In this document: positions 11,949 to 20,931 of the stretch, one piece after another
Position numbering within the stretch: the first letter of the stretch is position 1
Layout: each line of letters begins with the position of its first letter
NCBI GenBank assembly: GCA_963727505.1
Contig: CAVSGP010000004.1
Span: 736,001-800,000, forward strand
DNA length: 64,000 nt
Reading direction: 5' to 3'
DNA from: an uncultured Trueperaceae bacterium
GTDB taxonomy: Bacteria > Deinococcota > Deinococci > Deinococcales > Trueperaceae
Made by a program: the position numbers and the translations under genes
Notes under the pieces: generated by a model
What the model was told of the DNA's origin: nothing
The model's input: only the letters and a program-made list of their open reading frames with translations
The model's database searches: none

Positions 11949-13093
11949 GAGTACCGATGGGATTCGAGATCGCCGGGGTGACGGCCGGATTGAAGGCGTC
12001 GGGCAGGCCGGACCTGGGCCTGGTGTACTCCCCCTACCCGCTGGCGTGGGCGCTGATGAGCACCGACAACGTGGTCAAGGCGCCGTGCGTGTCGCGCAAC
12101 CGCTCCCGCTTCACCAGCGGTGCGGCCGTCCGGGGCATCGTCGTGAACAGCGGCAACGCCAACTGCGCCACCGGCGAACGTGGCATCTGGGACAACGAGG
12201 ACGTGGCCGGCGCGGCGGCCTCTGCTCTCGCTCTGGCGCGCGTGCAGGACATGCTCACGGCCAGCACTGGCGTCATCGGGCAACCCCTGCCCGTCGACAA
12301 GGTTCGCGACGCCATCCCGGCGCTGACCTCGGCCCTGGGCCAGGACTCGGGCCCCTTCGCCGACGCCATCCTCACCACCGACACCGCCCCCAAGCAGGCG
12401 GGCGTCACGCTGCGCGGCGGGAGCCGCATCGTGGGCATCGCCAAGGGCTCGGGGATGATCCACCCCTCCATGGCCACCTTGCTGGCGTTCGTCCTCACCG
12501 ACGCCGACGTCAGCCAGGATGATCTCCGCGCCCTGTGGCCCGGCATCGTCGAACGCACCTTCAACCAGGTCACGGTCGACGGCGACACCTCCACCAACGA
12601 CATGGCAGTGGTGCTCTCCTCCCGGCAGATCGGCGCCGACCGGCAAGAGCTCGCCACGGCACTCGAGGAGGTGGCGAAGAAGCTGGCGCGAAAGATCGCG
12701 CGCGACGGCGAAGGGGCCACGAAGCTCGTGACGGTGAGCGTCTCTGGCGCGCGCTCCGGCGCGGAGGCCCGAGCCGCTGCCCGCACCGTCGCGGGCAGCA
12801 CGCTCGTCAAGGCGGCCGTCCACGGCGCCGACCCCAACTGGGGTCGCATCCTGGCGGCCGTCGGCCGGTCCGGGGCCGTGTCGGACCTGGCCAACCTCCG
12901 CATCGGCTTGCAGGGGGAATCCGTCTACCGCGGCACGGTGTTGCCCTTCGAGGCCGCTGCCCTGTCCGACCAGATGCGGGCCGAGGAGGTCCTGATCGAG
13001 ATCGATCTGGCCGCAGGCGAAGCGGTCGGCGAGGCCTGGGGCTGCGACCTGACCGCCGAGTACGTGCATATCAACGCCGACTACACCACCTGA
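11945..13093 (+). CDS. argJ: Glutamate N-acetyltransferase / amino-acid acetyltransferase
   Basis: NSGNANCATG, STGVIG, ILTTDT, KGSGMIHPSMATLL, VDGDTSTND, DGEGATK and INADYTT motifs; ATGA overlap with argC. Confidence 0.97.
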   Translation: MRVPMGFEIAGVTAGLKASGRPDLGLVYSPYPLAWALMSTDNVVKAPCVSRNRSRFTSGAAVRGIVVNSGNANCATGERGIWDNEDVAGAAASALALARVQDMLTASTGVIGQPLPVDKVRDAIPALTSALGQDSGPFADAILTTDTAPKQAGVTLRGGSRIVGIAKGSGMIHPSMATLLAFVLTDADVSQDDLRALWPGIVERTFNQVTVDGDTSTNDMAVVLSSRQIGADRQELATALEEVAKKLARKIARDGEGATKLVTVSVSGARSGAEARAAARTVAGSTLVKAAVHGADPNWGRILAAVGRSGAVSDLANLRIGLQGESVYRGTVLPFEAAALSDQMRAEEVLIEIDLAAGEAVGEAWGCDLTAEYVHINADYTT

Positions 13094-13101
13094 GCACGAA
13101 G

Positions 13102-13132
13102 CGGGGGGCGCCGGACGTACCGGCGCCCCCCG
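13102..13132. terminator. Perfect 13-bp hairpin between convergent argJ and lpdA
   Basis: CGGGGGGCGCCGG-acgta-CCGGCGCCCCCCG. Confidence 0.75.
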
Positions 13133-13162
13133 GGCGTTCCTCCTGAGCCCTGGCTGGCCCGT

Positions 13163-14554
13163 TCAGCGCCGCCGGTTGGCGATGTGGATGGCCTGGCCGT
13201 GCGCGTGCTCGGCGGCCTCCATGACGGCCTCGGCGAGGGTCGGGTGGGCATGCTGGGTCAGAGCGATATCCTCCAGCGTGGCGCCCATCTCGATGGCGAG
13301 GGTAGCCTCGGAGACGATGTCTCCCGCCCCCGGCCCGACCATGTGGAAGCCCAGCAGCAGGTCGGTCTTCTCGTCCCCCACCAGCTTGACCATGCCCCCC
13401 TCCACGCCCAGCGTGGTGGCGCGGCCGGAGGCGGACAGCGGGAACTTACCGATACGCACGGTGTAGCCGGCGTCCCGCGCCTCCTGTTCGGTCATGCCGA
13501 CGCTGGCGTGCTCGGGGCTGGTGTAGATCACCGCGGGCACGATGGTGTCGTAGCCGCTCGGCTTGCCTGCGGCGTGCTCGGCTGCTGCCAGTCCCTCCTT
13601 CATCGCCTTGTGGGCAAGCAGGGGCGCGCGCGCCACGTCGCCGATGGCGTAGATGTGGTCGACGGCGGTCTGCATGTGGTCGTTGACGACCTTGACGAAG
13701 CCGCGGTCGTCGACTTGGACGCCGAGCGCCTCGAGCCCCAGTCCCTTGCCGTTGGGGCTGCGCCCGACAGCGACCAGGATCTTGTCGACCACGATGGTGT
13801 CGCGCTTGCCGTCGGCATCCTCCAGCACTACCTCGGTGCCCTTGGACGTCTTGTTCTGACTCACCGCCTTGGTCGACGTGCGGATCGCGATGCCCTTCTT
13901 CTCCAGCGCCTTGTGGAGCTCCTTGGAGGCGTCGACGTCGCCCAACGGAACGATGCGGTCCATCATCTCCACCACCGTCACCTCGGAGCCGAGCGCGCTG
14001 TAGACGTCACTGAACTCCAGCCCGATGGCGCTGCCTCCGATGGCGAGGAAGCGCTTCGGGATGGTGGTGACGCTGAGCGCGCCGGTCGAGTCGATGACAC
14101 GCTCGCCATCGAACTCGAAGCCGGGGATCTGGATCGGACGCGAGCCGGTTGCCACGATGAAGCGGTCGGCGGTGACCTTCTTGTCGCCCACGTTCAGGGT
14201 GTGCGCATCGACGAACGAGCCCTCGCCCTCGAGCAGCGTGACCTTGTTGCCCTTGAACAGCATCTGCACGCCGCCCGTCATCTTCTTGACGACGCTGTCC
14301 TTCCAGCCGTTCATCTGCTCGAGGTCGAGCTCGGGCTCGCCGAAGCTCACGCCGAAGGCCCCGGCGTGCTGCGCCCCTCGCAACTCGGCCGCCACGTGCA
14401 GGAGGGCCTTGGTGGGGATGCAACCGGTGTTGAGGCAGACACCGCCGACGGCCGCCTTCTCCACGCACGCCGTCTTCAGGCCGAGCTGCGCGGCGCGCAG
14501 AGCGGCGTGATAGCCCCCCGGGCCGGAGCCGATCACGATCAGGTCAAAATCCAT
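13163..14554 (-). CDS. lpdA: Dihydrolipoamide dehydrogenase
   Basis: GSGPGGY, GGVCLNTGCIPTK redox disulfide and HAHPTLAE motifs; GGAGG before the ATG at 14554. Confidence 0.96.
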   Translation of the reverse strand: MDFDLIVIGSGPGGYHAALRAAQLGLKTACVEKAAVGGVCLNTGCIPTKALLHVAAELRGAQHAGAFGVSFGEPELDLEQMNGWKDSVVKKMTGGVQMLFKGNKVTLLEGEGSFVDAHTLNVGDKKVTADRFIVATGSRPIQIPGFEFDGERVIDSTGALSVTTIPKRFLAIGGSAIGLEFSDVYSALGSEVTVVEMMDRIVPLGDVDASKELHKALEKKGIAIRTSTKAVSQNKTSKGTEVVLEDADGKRDTIVVDKILVAVGRSPNGKGLGLEALGVQVDDRGFVKVVNDHMQTAVDHIYAIGDVARAPLLAHKAMKEGLAAAEHAAGKPSGYDTIVPAVIYTSPEHASVGMTEQEARDAGYTVRIGKFPLSASGRATTLGVEGGMVKLVGDEKTDLLLGFHMVGPGAGDIVSEATLAIEMGATLEDIALTQHAHPTLAEAVMEAAEHAHGQAIHIANRRR

Positions 14555-14840
14555 GGAAGCCTCCAAGGGTCGAGAGCTACGGTGTACCCCGGGCGAACGC
14601 CCGCCGGAACGACCGCGCGGCCGCCGCGGGTCCGCACCCGTCCGTGCGGGGCACGGTCCACGGGCGCGCGGCTCGGTTGCCCACCCAGTCTACCCTCCCG
14701 ACGGCCGCGGCCAGGATGCCGGAGCGTCGGCGGTTCGCCTGCTCCGGAGGGGCGTGGTGCCCCACTCGCGGCTTCGAACCCGGTCGACTCTGGCAGTGGC
14801 ATCTGGCGTGCGCGACGTCTCCGAGCGGCGGCCGGGAGCG

Positions 14841-14869
14841 TTGACAGCCTCGAGGCGACGGACTATCCT
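14841..14869 (+). promoter_or_regulatory. Sigma70-type promoter
   Basis: TTGACA - 17 nt - TATCCT, with an ATG 6 nt downstream. Confidence 0.8.
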
Positions 14870-14875
14870 GCCTGC

Positions 14876-14944
14876 ATGGCGTTCCGCCGAATCACCTTCG
14901 TGCACTCACAGACGCGGCTAGCCCGCGCAAGGCCGGCAGGTTGA
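14876..14944 (+). CDS. Putative leaderless 22-aa peptide (possible leuS leader): MAFRRITFVHSQTRLARARPAG
   Basis: ATG at the expected +1 of a consensus promoter, followed by a terminator. Confidence 0.45.
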   Translation: MAFRRITFVHSQTRLARARPAG

Positions 14945-14970
14945 GCCCCCGGAAAGGGTGTGTTCACCGT

Positions 14971-15005
14971 CGGCCCCGATGCCAAGGCTCGGGGCCGTTT
15001 CCTTT
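14971..15005 (+). terminator. Intrinsic terminator upstream of leuS
   Basis: CGGCCCCGA…TCGGGGCCG stem followed by TTTCCTTT. Confidence 0.7.
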
Positions 15006-15065
15006 GGCGCGACGCGCGAAGCACGTTCCTGAGCGCCTGGGTGCGCTCCGTATACTGGAGAGGTT

Positions 15066-17579
15066 ATGACCGAGACCACGCAGGCCGACGCGGCCAGCTA
15101 CCGCACCGACCGCTACAACCCGCAGGAGATCGAGTCCAAGTGGCAGGCGCGCTGGCGCGAGCAGGGATTGTACGACGTCGACCTCGCGGACGACAGCCGT
15201 CCCAAGTACTACTTCCTGACCATGTACCCCTACCCCTCGGGCGACCTGCACGCGGGTCACTGGTACGCCGAGGCGCCGGCGGACGCCGCCGCCCGCTACC
15301 GCAGAATGCGCGGCTACAACGTGCTGTTCCCGATGGGATTCGACGCCTTCGGCCTGCCGGCCGAGAACGCGGCGATCAAGGCGGCCCGGGAGGGGCGCGA
15401 GGGCGTACACCCGGCACGGCTGACCTACGAGCGCATCGCCCGCATGGAGGAGCAGTTCTCCCAGATGGGCGCGATGTTCGACTGGTCGAAGAAGGTCGTC
15501 ACCTGCGATCCGGAGTACTACCGCTGGAACCAGTGGTTCTTCCTGCGCATGGTCGAGCGCGGGCTTGCCTACCGCAAGGAGTCGTTCGTCAACTGGGACC
15601 CGGTCGACCAGACGGTGCTCGCCAACGAGCAGGTGGTGAACGGTCGCGGCGACCGCTCGGGCGCCCTGGTCGAGCGTCGGCTCATGCCGCAGTGGCACTT
15701 CAAGATCACCGCCTACGCCGACGAGCTGCTGGACTTCTCGGGCCTCGACTGGCCGGAGCGGGTCAAGCTCATGCAGACCAACTGGATCGGGCGCTCCGAG
15801 GGCGCCGAGGTGAGATTCCAAAGCGAGCAGGGCGACCCCATCGAGGTCTTCACGACCCGTCCGGATACGCTCTGGGGGGCCACCTTCATGGTGCTGGCGC
15901 CCGAGCATCCGCTGGTGGCGAAGCTCACCAGCGATGAGCGGCGCGCCGAGGTCGAGGCCTACGTCGAGCGAGCCTCGCGCATGTCGGAGCTCGACCGCCA
16001 GGCCGAGGGCAAGGACAAGACCGGCGCCTTCATCGGCGCCTACGCCGTGAATCCCGTCAACGACATCCGCATCCCGATCTGGATCGCCGACTACGTGCTC
16101 ATGGGTTACGGCACCGGCGCCATCATGGGCGTGCCCGCCCACGACGAACGCGACTTCGACTTCGCTCGCCGCTTCGACCTGGACGTGACGCCCGTCATCC
16201 AGCCCGAGGACGCTCCGCTCGACGGCGCCACCATGACCGAGGCCTACACGGGGGACGGCGTCATGGCCAACTCCGGCCCGTTCGACGGCACGCCCAGCGG
16301 CAAGGAGGGGAACGCCGAAGGCATCCGGGCGGTCATCGCCTGGCTGGAGGAGCGGGGCATCGGCTCCGGCAAGGTCACCTACCGGCTTCGTGACTGGCTC
16401 ATCTCGCGCCAGCGCTACTGGGGGACGCCGATCCCGATGCTCTACTGCGAGCGCTGCGGCATCCAGCCCGAGAAGGACGCGAACCTGCCGGTGGTCCTGC
16501 CCGACGACGTGGCGTTCATGCCGACCGGCGAGTCGCCGTTGAAGACGCATCCGAGCTTCCTGGAAGCCACCTGCCCGTCGTGCGGCGGCCCGGCCACCCG
16601 CGAGACCGACACCATGGACACGTTCATGGACTCGTCCTGGTACTGGTTCCGCTACCTGAGCCCGCACCGCGACGACGTTCCCTTCGACCGTGCGTTGGTG
16701 GAGCGCTGGACGCCGGTCGACACCTATACCGGCGGCATCGAGCACGCCATCTTGCACCTGCTCTACGCTCGGTTCTTCACCAAGGTCCTGCGCGACCTGG
16801 GTCTGCACGGTATCGATGAGCCCTTCCAGCGGCTGCGCAACCAGGGGATGATCCTGGGCGAGGACAACGAGAAGATGTCGAAGTCGCGGGGCAACGTGGT
16901 CAACCCCGACGCGCTGGTGGCGGAGTACGGCGCCGACGCGGTGCGCACCTACCTGATGTTCATCGGGCCCTGGGACCAGGGCGCGCCCTGGAGCTACCAG
17001 GGCATCGAGGGCGTGACCCGCTTCCTGGCGCGCGTCTGGAGCCTCGTGCTCGACCCCGCCGAGGACGGTGGGAGCGCCGACGACGCCAGCCTGCGCGAGT
17101 TGAGACGCGCCGTGCACGCCGCCACCCAGGCGGTCACCGATGACTTCGAGTCCTTCCAGTTCAATACCGCGGTGGCCGAGCTGATGACCCTGCAGAACGC
17201 CATGGGCAAGGCCAAGAACGGCGCCATGACGCGGTCCGATGTCTGGCACGAGGCCTGTCGCACGCTGCTGTTGCTGCTCGCCCCCATCGCCCCCCACGTG
17301 AGCGAAGAGCTGTGGCAGCGACTGGGGTCGGAAGACTCGGTGCACCTGCAGGCGTGGCCCGCATTCGATCCCGATGCGCTGGTGCAGGACACCGTCACCA
17401 TGGCGGTGCAGGTCAACGGCAAGGTCCGGGGGCAGATCGAGGTGCCGCCCGACGCGGATCAGAACGTGGTGCTGGAGGCCGCGCGCAACGAGTCCAACGT
17501 GGCCCGCTACCTCGCATCCGGCACCGTGCAGCGAGAGATCGTCGTGCCCGGAAAACTCGTCAGCTTCGTGGTGCGCTGA
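15066..17579 (+). CDS. leuS: Leucyl-tRNA synthetase
   Basis: YPYPSGDLHAGH (HIGH-like), FTTRPDTL editing domain, RDWLISRQRYWG and KMSKS motifs. Confidence 0.98.
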   Translation: MTETTQADAASYRTDRYNPQEIESKWQARWREQGLYDVDLADDSRPKYYFLTMYPYPSGDLHAGHWYAEAPADAAARYRRMRGYNVLFPMGFDAFGLPAENAAIKAAREGREGVHPARLTYERIARMEEQFSQMGAMFDWSKKVVTCDPEYYRWNQWFFLRMVERGLAYRKESFVNWDPVDQTVLANEQVVNGRGDRSGALVERRLMPQWHFKITAYADELLDFSGLDWPERVKLMQTNWIGRSEGAEVRFQSEQGDPIEVFTTRPDTLWGATFMVLAPEHPLVAKLTSDERRAEVEAYVERASRMSELDRQAEGKDKTGAFIGAYAVNPVNDIRIPIWIADYVLMGYGTGAIMGVPAHDERDFDFARRFDLDVTPVIQPEDAPLDGATMTEAYTGDGVMANSGPFDGTPSGKEGNAEGIRAVIAWLEERGIGSGKVTYRLRDWLISRQRYWGTPIPMLYCERCGIQPEKDANLPVVLPDDVAFMPTGESPLKTHPSFLEATCPSCGGPATRETDTMDTFMDSSWYWFRYLSPHRDDVPFDRALVERWTPVDTYTGGIEHAILHLLYARFFTKVLRDLGLHGIDEPFQRLRNQGMILGEDNEKMSKSRGNVVNPDALVAEYGADAVRTYLMFIGPWDQGAPWSYQGIEGVTRFLARVWSLVLDPAEDGGSADDASLRELRRAVHAATQAVTDDFESFQFNTAVAELMTLQNAMGKAKNGAMTRSDVWHEACRTLLLLLAPIAPHVSEELWQRLGSEDSVHLQAWPAFDPDALVQDTVTMAVQVNGKVRGQIEVPPDADQNVVLEAARNESNVARYLASGTVQREIVVPGKLVSFVVR

Positions 17580-17600
17580 GGCGGCGGCCGCTCTTCAGCG

Positions 17601-18383
17601 CTACTGGGGCGCCAGCAGGACGACTTCGCTGAGCGTGGACAGGTCGACGGCCGGCTGCACGATGAAGCTGCGCCGCAGCTCGTTGGGGTTGGGGGGAAGC
17701 ACCTGCTCGACGGTCCCGACCAGCACGCCGTTCGGGAAGAGCCCGCCGTAGCTGGACGTCTCGACCCTGTCGCCCACCTCCACCGGCTTGTCGGCGATGA
17801 AGTCGGTGACGCGGATGCGTCCACCCACCTCGCCCACGGCGATGCCCTGCCCGCCGCGGCCGCGAACGGTGACGCCGACGCGCGATTGCGGGTCGAGCAG
17901 CGTGCGCACCACCGCGTTGTGCGTCGAGACGTCGGTCACGATCCCCACCAGGCCCTCCGGCACCGACACCGGCATGTTCGGGAGCACGCCGTCCTGCGTT
18001 CCCTTGCTGAGGTTGAGGCGGGCGAAGGCCGGGCCGCTGCTGCCGCCGATGACCGACGCGGTGGTCACGACGCCGGGCGACTGTTCCTGGCGGACGGCGA
18101 GCACCTCGCGCAGCCGCTGCAGCTCGAGCTCGAGGTCGCGGTTGGTCTGCTGGAGCCCCGCCACCCGCTGCTGCAAGGCGGACACCTCGTGGCGCAGGTC
18201 GCTGCGGTCGGCCAGGCTGCGCGCCGTGGCGCGGACGTTCATGCCGGAGCGGTAGAGCAGGTTGTGCGGGAGCGCCACGGAAGCCGAGACGTCGGCCGGC
18301 ACCCGGCCGACGAAGGCCGTGATGACGAAGGTCAGCAGCCCCAGCGCCAGGAGCACGTACCAGGCGCGGAGCAGGCTAGACAA
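17601..18383 (-). CDS. mreC: Rod shape-determining protein MreC
   Basis: N-terminal TM, coiled coil, then KG..DGV..NMPV…GLVG, GDRVETS…GGLFPNGVLVG motifs. Confidence 0.88.
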   Translation of the reverse strand: MSSLLRAWYVLLALGLLTFVITAFVGRVPADVSASVALPHNLLYRSGMNVRATARSLADRSDLRHEVSALQQRVAGLQQTNRDLELELQRLREVLAVRQEQSPGVVTTASVIGGSSGPAFARLNLSKGTQDGVLPNMPVSVPEGLVGIVTDVSTHNAVVRTLLDPQSRVGVTVRGRGGQGIAVGEVGGRIRVTDFIADKPVEVGDRVETSSYGGLFPNGVLVGTVEQVLPPNPNELRRSFIVQPAVDLSTLSEVVLLAPQ

Positions 18384-18951
18384 GGCGGACCCCCAGGCGC
18401 GAGGCGGCCTCGACCACCGTCGGCACGCTCAGGCCGACCACGTTGAAGTAGCACCCTACGAGGCTGCCGACGAGCGCAGAGCCGCGGCCCTGGATGGCGT
18501 AGCCACCTGCCTTGTCGAGCCCCTCGCCGCTGGCCACGTAGCGTTCGATCTCGCCCTCGTCGAACGCGCGCATCCGCACCTCGGTGTCGACGACGACGGT
18601 CTCGCGACGCCCGCCCCTGAGCAGCGTGTGGCCGGTGAACACGTGATGGGCCCGGCCGGCGAGACGGCGCAGGAACGCCCGGTTCTCCTCGGGTCCGTCG
18701 GGCTTGCCGAGAACCGCGCCGTCGACCACCACCACGGTGTCGGCTGCCACCACCAGGGCCCCTTCGTCGTCGCGCAGGGCGACCGCGGCAGCCGCCTTGT
18801 GCTGGCTGAGACGGCGCACCAGTGGCTCTGCGGCCTCACCTTCGAGGGGCGTCTCGTCGATGTCGACGGGAAGCACCTCGAAGCGCAGCCCCAGGGCACA
18901 CAGCAGGTCCTTGCGGCGCGGGGAGCCGCTGGCGAGCACGATCGTCGTCAC
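18376..18951 (-). CDS. maf: Maf family nucleoside triphosphate pyrophosphatase
   Basis: LASGSPRR, AADTVV, LGKP and DKAGGYAIQG motifs; TACACT 6 nt before the GTG. Confidence 0.95.
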   Translation of the reverse strand: MTTIVLASGSPRRKDLLCALGLRFEVLPVDIDETPLEGEAAEPLVRRLSQHKAAAAVALRDDEGALVVAADTVVVVDGAVLGKPDGPEENRAFLRRLAGRAHHVFTGHTLLRGGRRETVVVDTEVRMRAFDEGEIERYVASGEGLDKAGGYAIQGRGSALVGSLVGCYFNVVGLSVPTVVEAASRLGVRLV

Positions 18952-19055
18952 CCCACCAGTGTACCTGGACACGGCCGCCCGTCCGCACCCCGGAGGTCGC
19001 CACGCCATCGCGACCGTCCTCGTCGGGGACGGTAGACTACCGCGGGAGGCCGGAC

Positions 19056-19748
19056 ATGGAACCCTTGGAACGGTGGAAGCGCGATGCCGCGGAGCGCGCG
19101 CTCGCCCTGGTGGAACGCGGCATGCTCCTGGGGCTGGGATCGGGAAGCACCGTCCGGCACTTCATCGCCGGTCTCGGTGAGCGGCTGGCTTCTGGTGCAT
19201 TGGAGCGCGTGCTGGCCGTGCCGTCTTCCCGCGAGAGCGGCGCGCAGGCGACCGCACTCGGGATCCCGCTCACCGAGCTGCCGGCAACGGGCCTCGACCT
19301 CGCCGTTGACGGGATGGACGAGGTCACTCCCGCTCTCGACGTCATCAAGGGGTTGGGCGGCGCGCTCACGCGCGAGAAAATCGTCGCCTCGAGCGCCCGA
19401 CGGTTCGTGCTCATCGGCGACGATCGCAAGCGCGTGACGCGGCTGGGCGAGCGCTCCCCCGTTCCGGTCGAGGTGGTCGCGTTCGGCCTGCGCCGCACCC
19501 GAGCACTGCTCGAGGGGTTGGGCGCGCGCCCGACCCAGCGCGGCGGCGACGCGGACCCCTTCGTGACCGACAACGGCAACCGGATCTTCGACCTGGCGTT
19601 CCCCGCCGGCTTCGCGCCCGAGGAGTTGGCGGCGGCGCTGGCGGACCTGCCGGGCGTCGTCGAGCACGGGCTGTTCCTGGGGATGGCCGAGCGGGCGTTC
19701 CTCGCCGGCGCGAGCGGCGTCACGGAGATGACGCCGGAACGTCCGTGA
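19056..19748 (+). CDS. rpiA: Ribose-5-phosphate isomerase A
   Basis: GLGSGST, DGMDEV, IKGLGGALTREK, TDNGN and GVVEHGLF motifs. Confidence 0.96.
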   Translation: MEPLERWKRDAAERALALVERGMLLGLGSGSTVRHFIAGLGERLASGALERVLAVPSSRESGAQATALGIPLTELPATGLDLAVDGMDEVTPALDVIKGLGGALTREKIVASSARRFVLIGDDRKRVTRLGERSPVPVEVVAFGLRRTRALLEGLGARPTQRGGDADPFVTDNGNRIFDLAFPAGFAPEELAAALADLPGVVEHGLFLGMAERAFLAGASGVTEMTPERP

Positions 19749-19755
19749 GGGCGGC

Positions 19756-20136
19756 GTGATCGTCGCCGTCGGCATCGACATGATCGAGCTCGAGCGCGTC
19801 CGGGCCGTGCTCGAACGGCACCCCGACCGCTTCCTGGAGCGCCACTTCCATCCGGGCGAGCGCGCCGAGCTGCGCAGTCGCGCCGATCCGGTGCCGGGGC
19901 TGGCCGCCCGCTTCGCGGCCAAGGAGGCCTTCCAGAAGTGCTGGCCCGAGACGTTCGGCTGGCGCGACGTATGGGTCGTCAAGGAGGGGCGGCGGCCGCG
20001 ACTGGCGTTCTCGCCTGCCCTGACCGCCGCCCTGCTCGAGCAGCACCTCGAGGCCCATCTGTCGCTGACGCACACCCGCGAGCACGCCGCGGCGGTGGTG
20101 GTGTTGGAGCGGCGCGAGGCGCCGCCCCCCGGTTAG
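19756..20136 (+). CDS. acpS: Holo-ACP synthase (4'-phosphopantetheinyl transferase)
   Basis: GIDMI, LAARFAAKEAFQK and HLSLTH motifs. Confidence 0.93.
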   Translation: MIVAVGIDMIELERVRAVLERHPDRFLERHFHPGERAELRSRADPVPGLAARFAAKEAFQKCWPETFGWRDVWVVKEGRRPRLAFSPALTAALLEQHLEAHLSLTHTREHAAAVVVLERREAPPPG

Positions 20137-20146
20137 AAACCCTCGC

Positions 20147-20785
20147 CTAGAATCCCTCGGCCGCCTCGGCCAGGCCCTCATCGTCGAGCAGCACGATGCT
20201 GCGGTAGCCGGAACGGATGAGGCCTTCGCTGCGGAGCTCGGTGATGATCTTGGACACGCTCTCGCGGGTGCTGGCGGTGCCCTCCGCAACGAGCTCGTGG
20301 GTGGCGGCCACCACCACACGCCCCTCCTCGTCGGACCGGGCCAGCGGCGTCTGCGACAACACCAGGAGGTAGCGGGCAACGCGGGCGCGCAGGTCGCCCG
20401 TCTGCAGGTGGTACTCGTAGTCCATCAGGCGACGCATCTGGTCGGACAGGGAGCGCGTGATGTGCATCAGGTGCCCCGCCTCGATGCGGTCCGGATCGAT
20501 GGCATCGATGCTCGCCAGGGTGAGCGCTTCGGCGATCTCGCCGCGCTCGCCGGCCATCAGGGCGTCCTCGCCGAAGAAGTCGCCGGGCATGACGTGACGG
20601 ACGGTCAGGGTGCGGCCCTCCGGCGTCATCCGGGTGATGCGGATGAGGCCGTCGCGGACCCGGTAGACCGAGCGGGCCGGGTCGCCGCTGAGGTAGAGCG
20701 TCTGGCGACGCTGGTAGTTGAGGGTCTGGCTGGGGGCGTCGAACGCCGTCTGCTCAGGGGTAGAGGAGTTCCGTCGAACGTGCAT
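20147..20785 (-). CDS. ldrP: CRP/FNR family activator, LdrP-like
   Basis: RHVMPGDFFGEDAL, QMRR..YEYHLQTGDLRARVARYLL and TASTRESVSK closely resemble Thermus LdrP as I recall it; lies downstream of carH/litR. Confidence 0.85.
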   Translation of the reverse strand: MHVRRNSSTPEQTAFDAPSQTLNYQRRQTLYLSGDPARSVYRVRDGLIRITRMTPEGRTLTVRHVMPGDFFGEDALMAGERGEIAEALTLASIDAIDPDRIEAGHLMHITRSLSDQMRRLMDYEYHLQTGDLRARVARYLLVLSQTPLARSDEEGRVVVAATHELVAEGTASTRESVSKIITELRSEGLIRSGYRSIVLLDDEGLAEAAEGF

Positions 20786-20931
20786 GTGCACCTCCGTGCG
20801 CTCTCCCAACCGTCGGGAGGCTAGATGCGGGTGGTGGCGCCGCCCCTAGGGGGTCGGCGGGGGACCGAGCACGAGGGTCTCGGGGTCGCGCTGGCAGGCG
20901 CGGCGCACGTCGGGGCCCGGCCGAGGCCCGT

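Noticed and set aside
14720..14840. Intact tRNA gene
   Set aside because: Only a 3'-end-like fragment; T-stem mismatched, no D or anticodon arms and no matching acceptor 5' strand
14945..14970. T-box riboswitch upstream of leuS (AAAGGGTGTGTTCACC)
   Set aside because: Lacks the GGUGGnACC antiterminator bulge and a recognisable stem I; the leader is short
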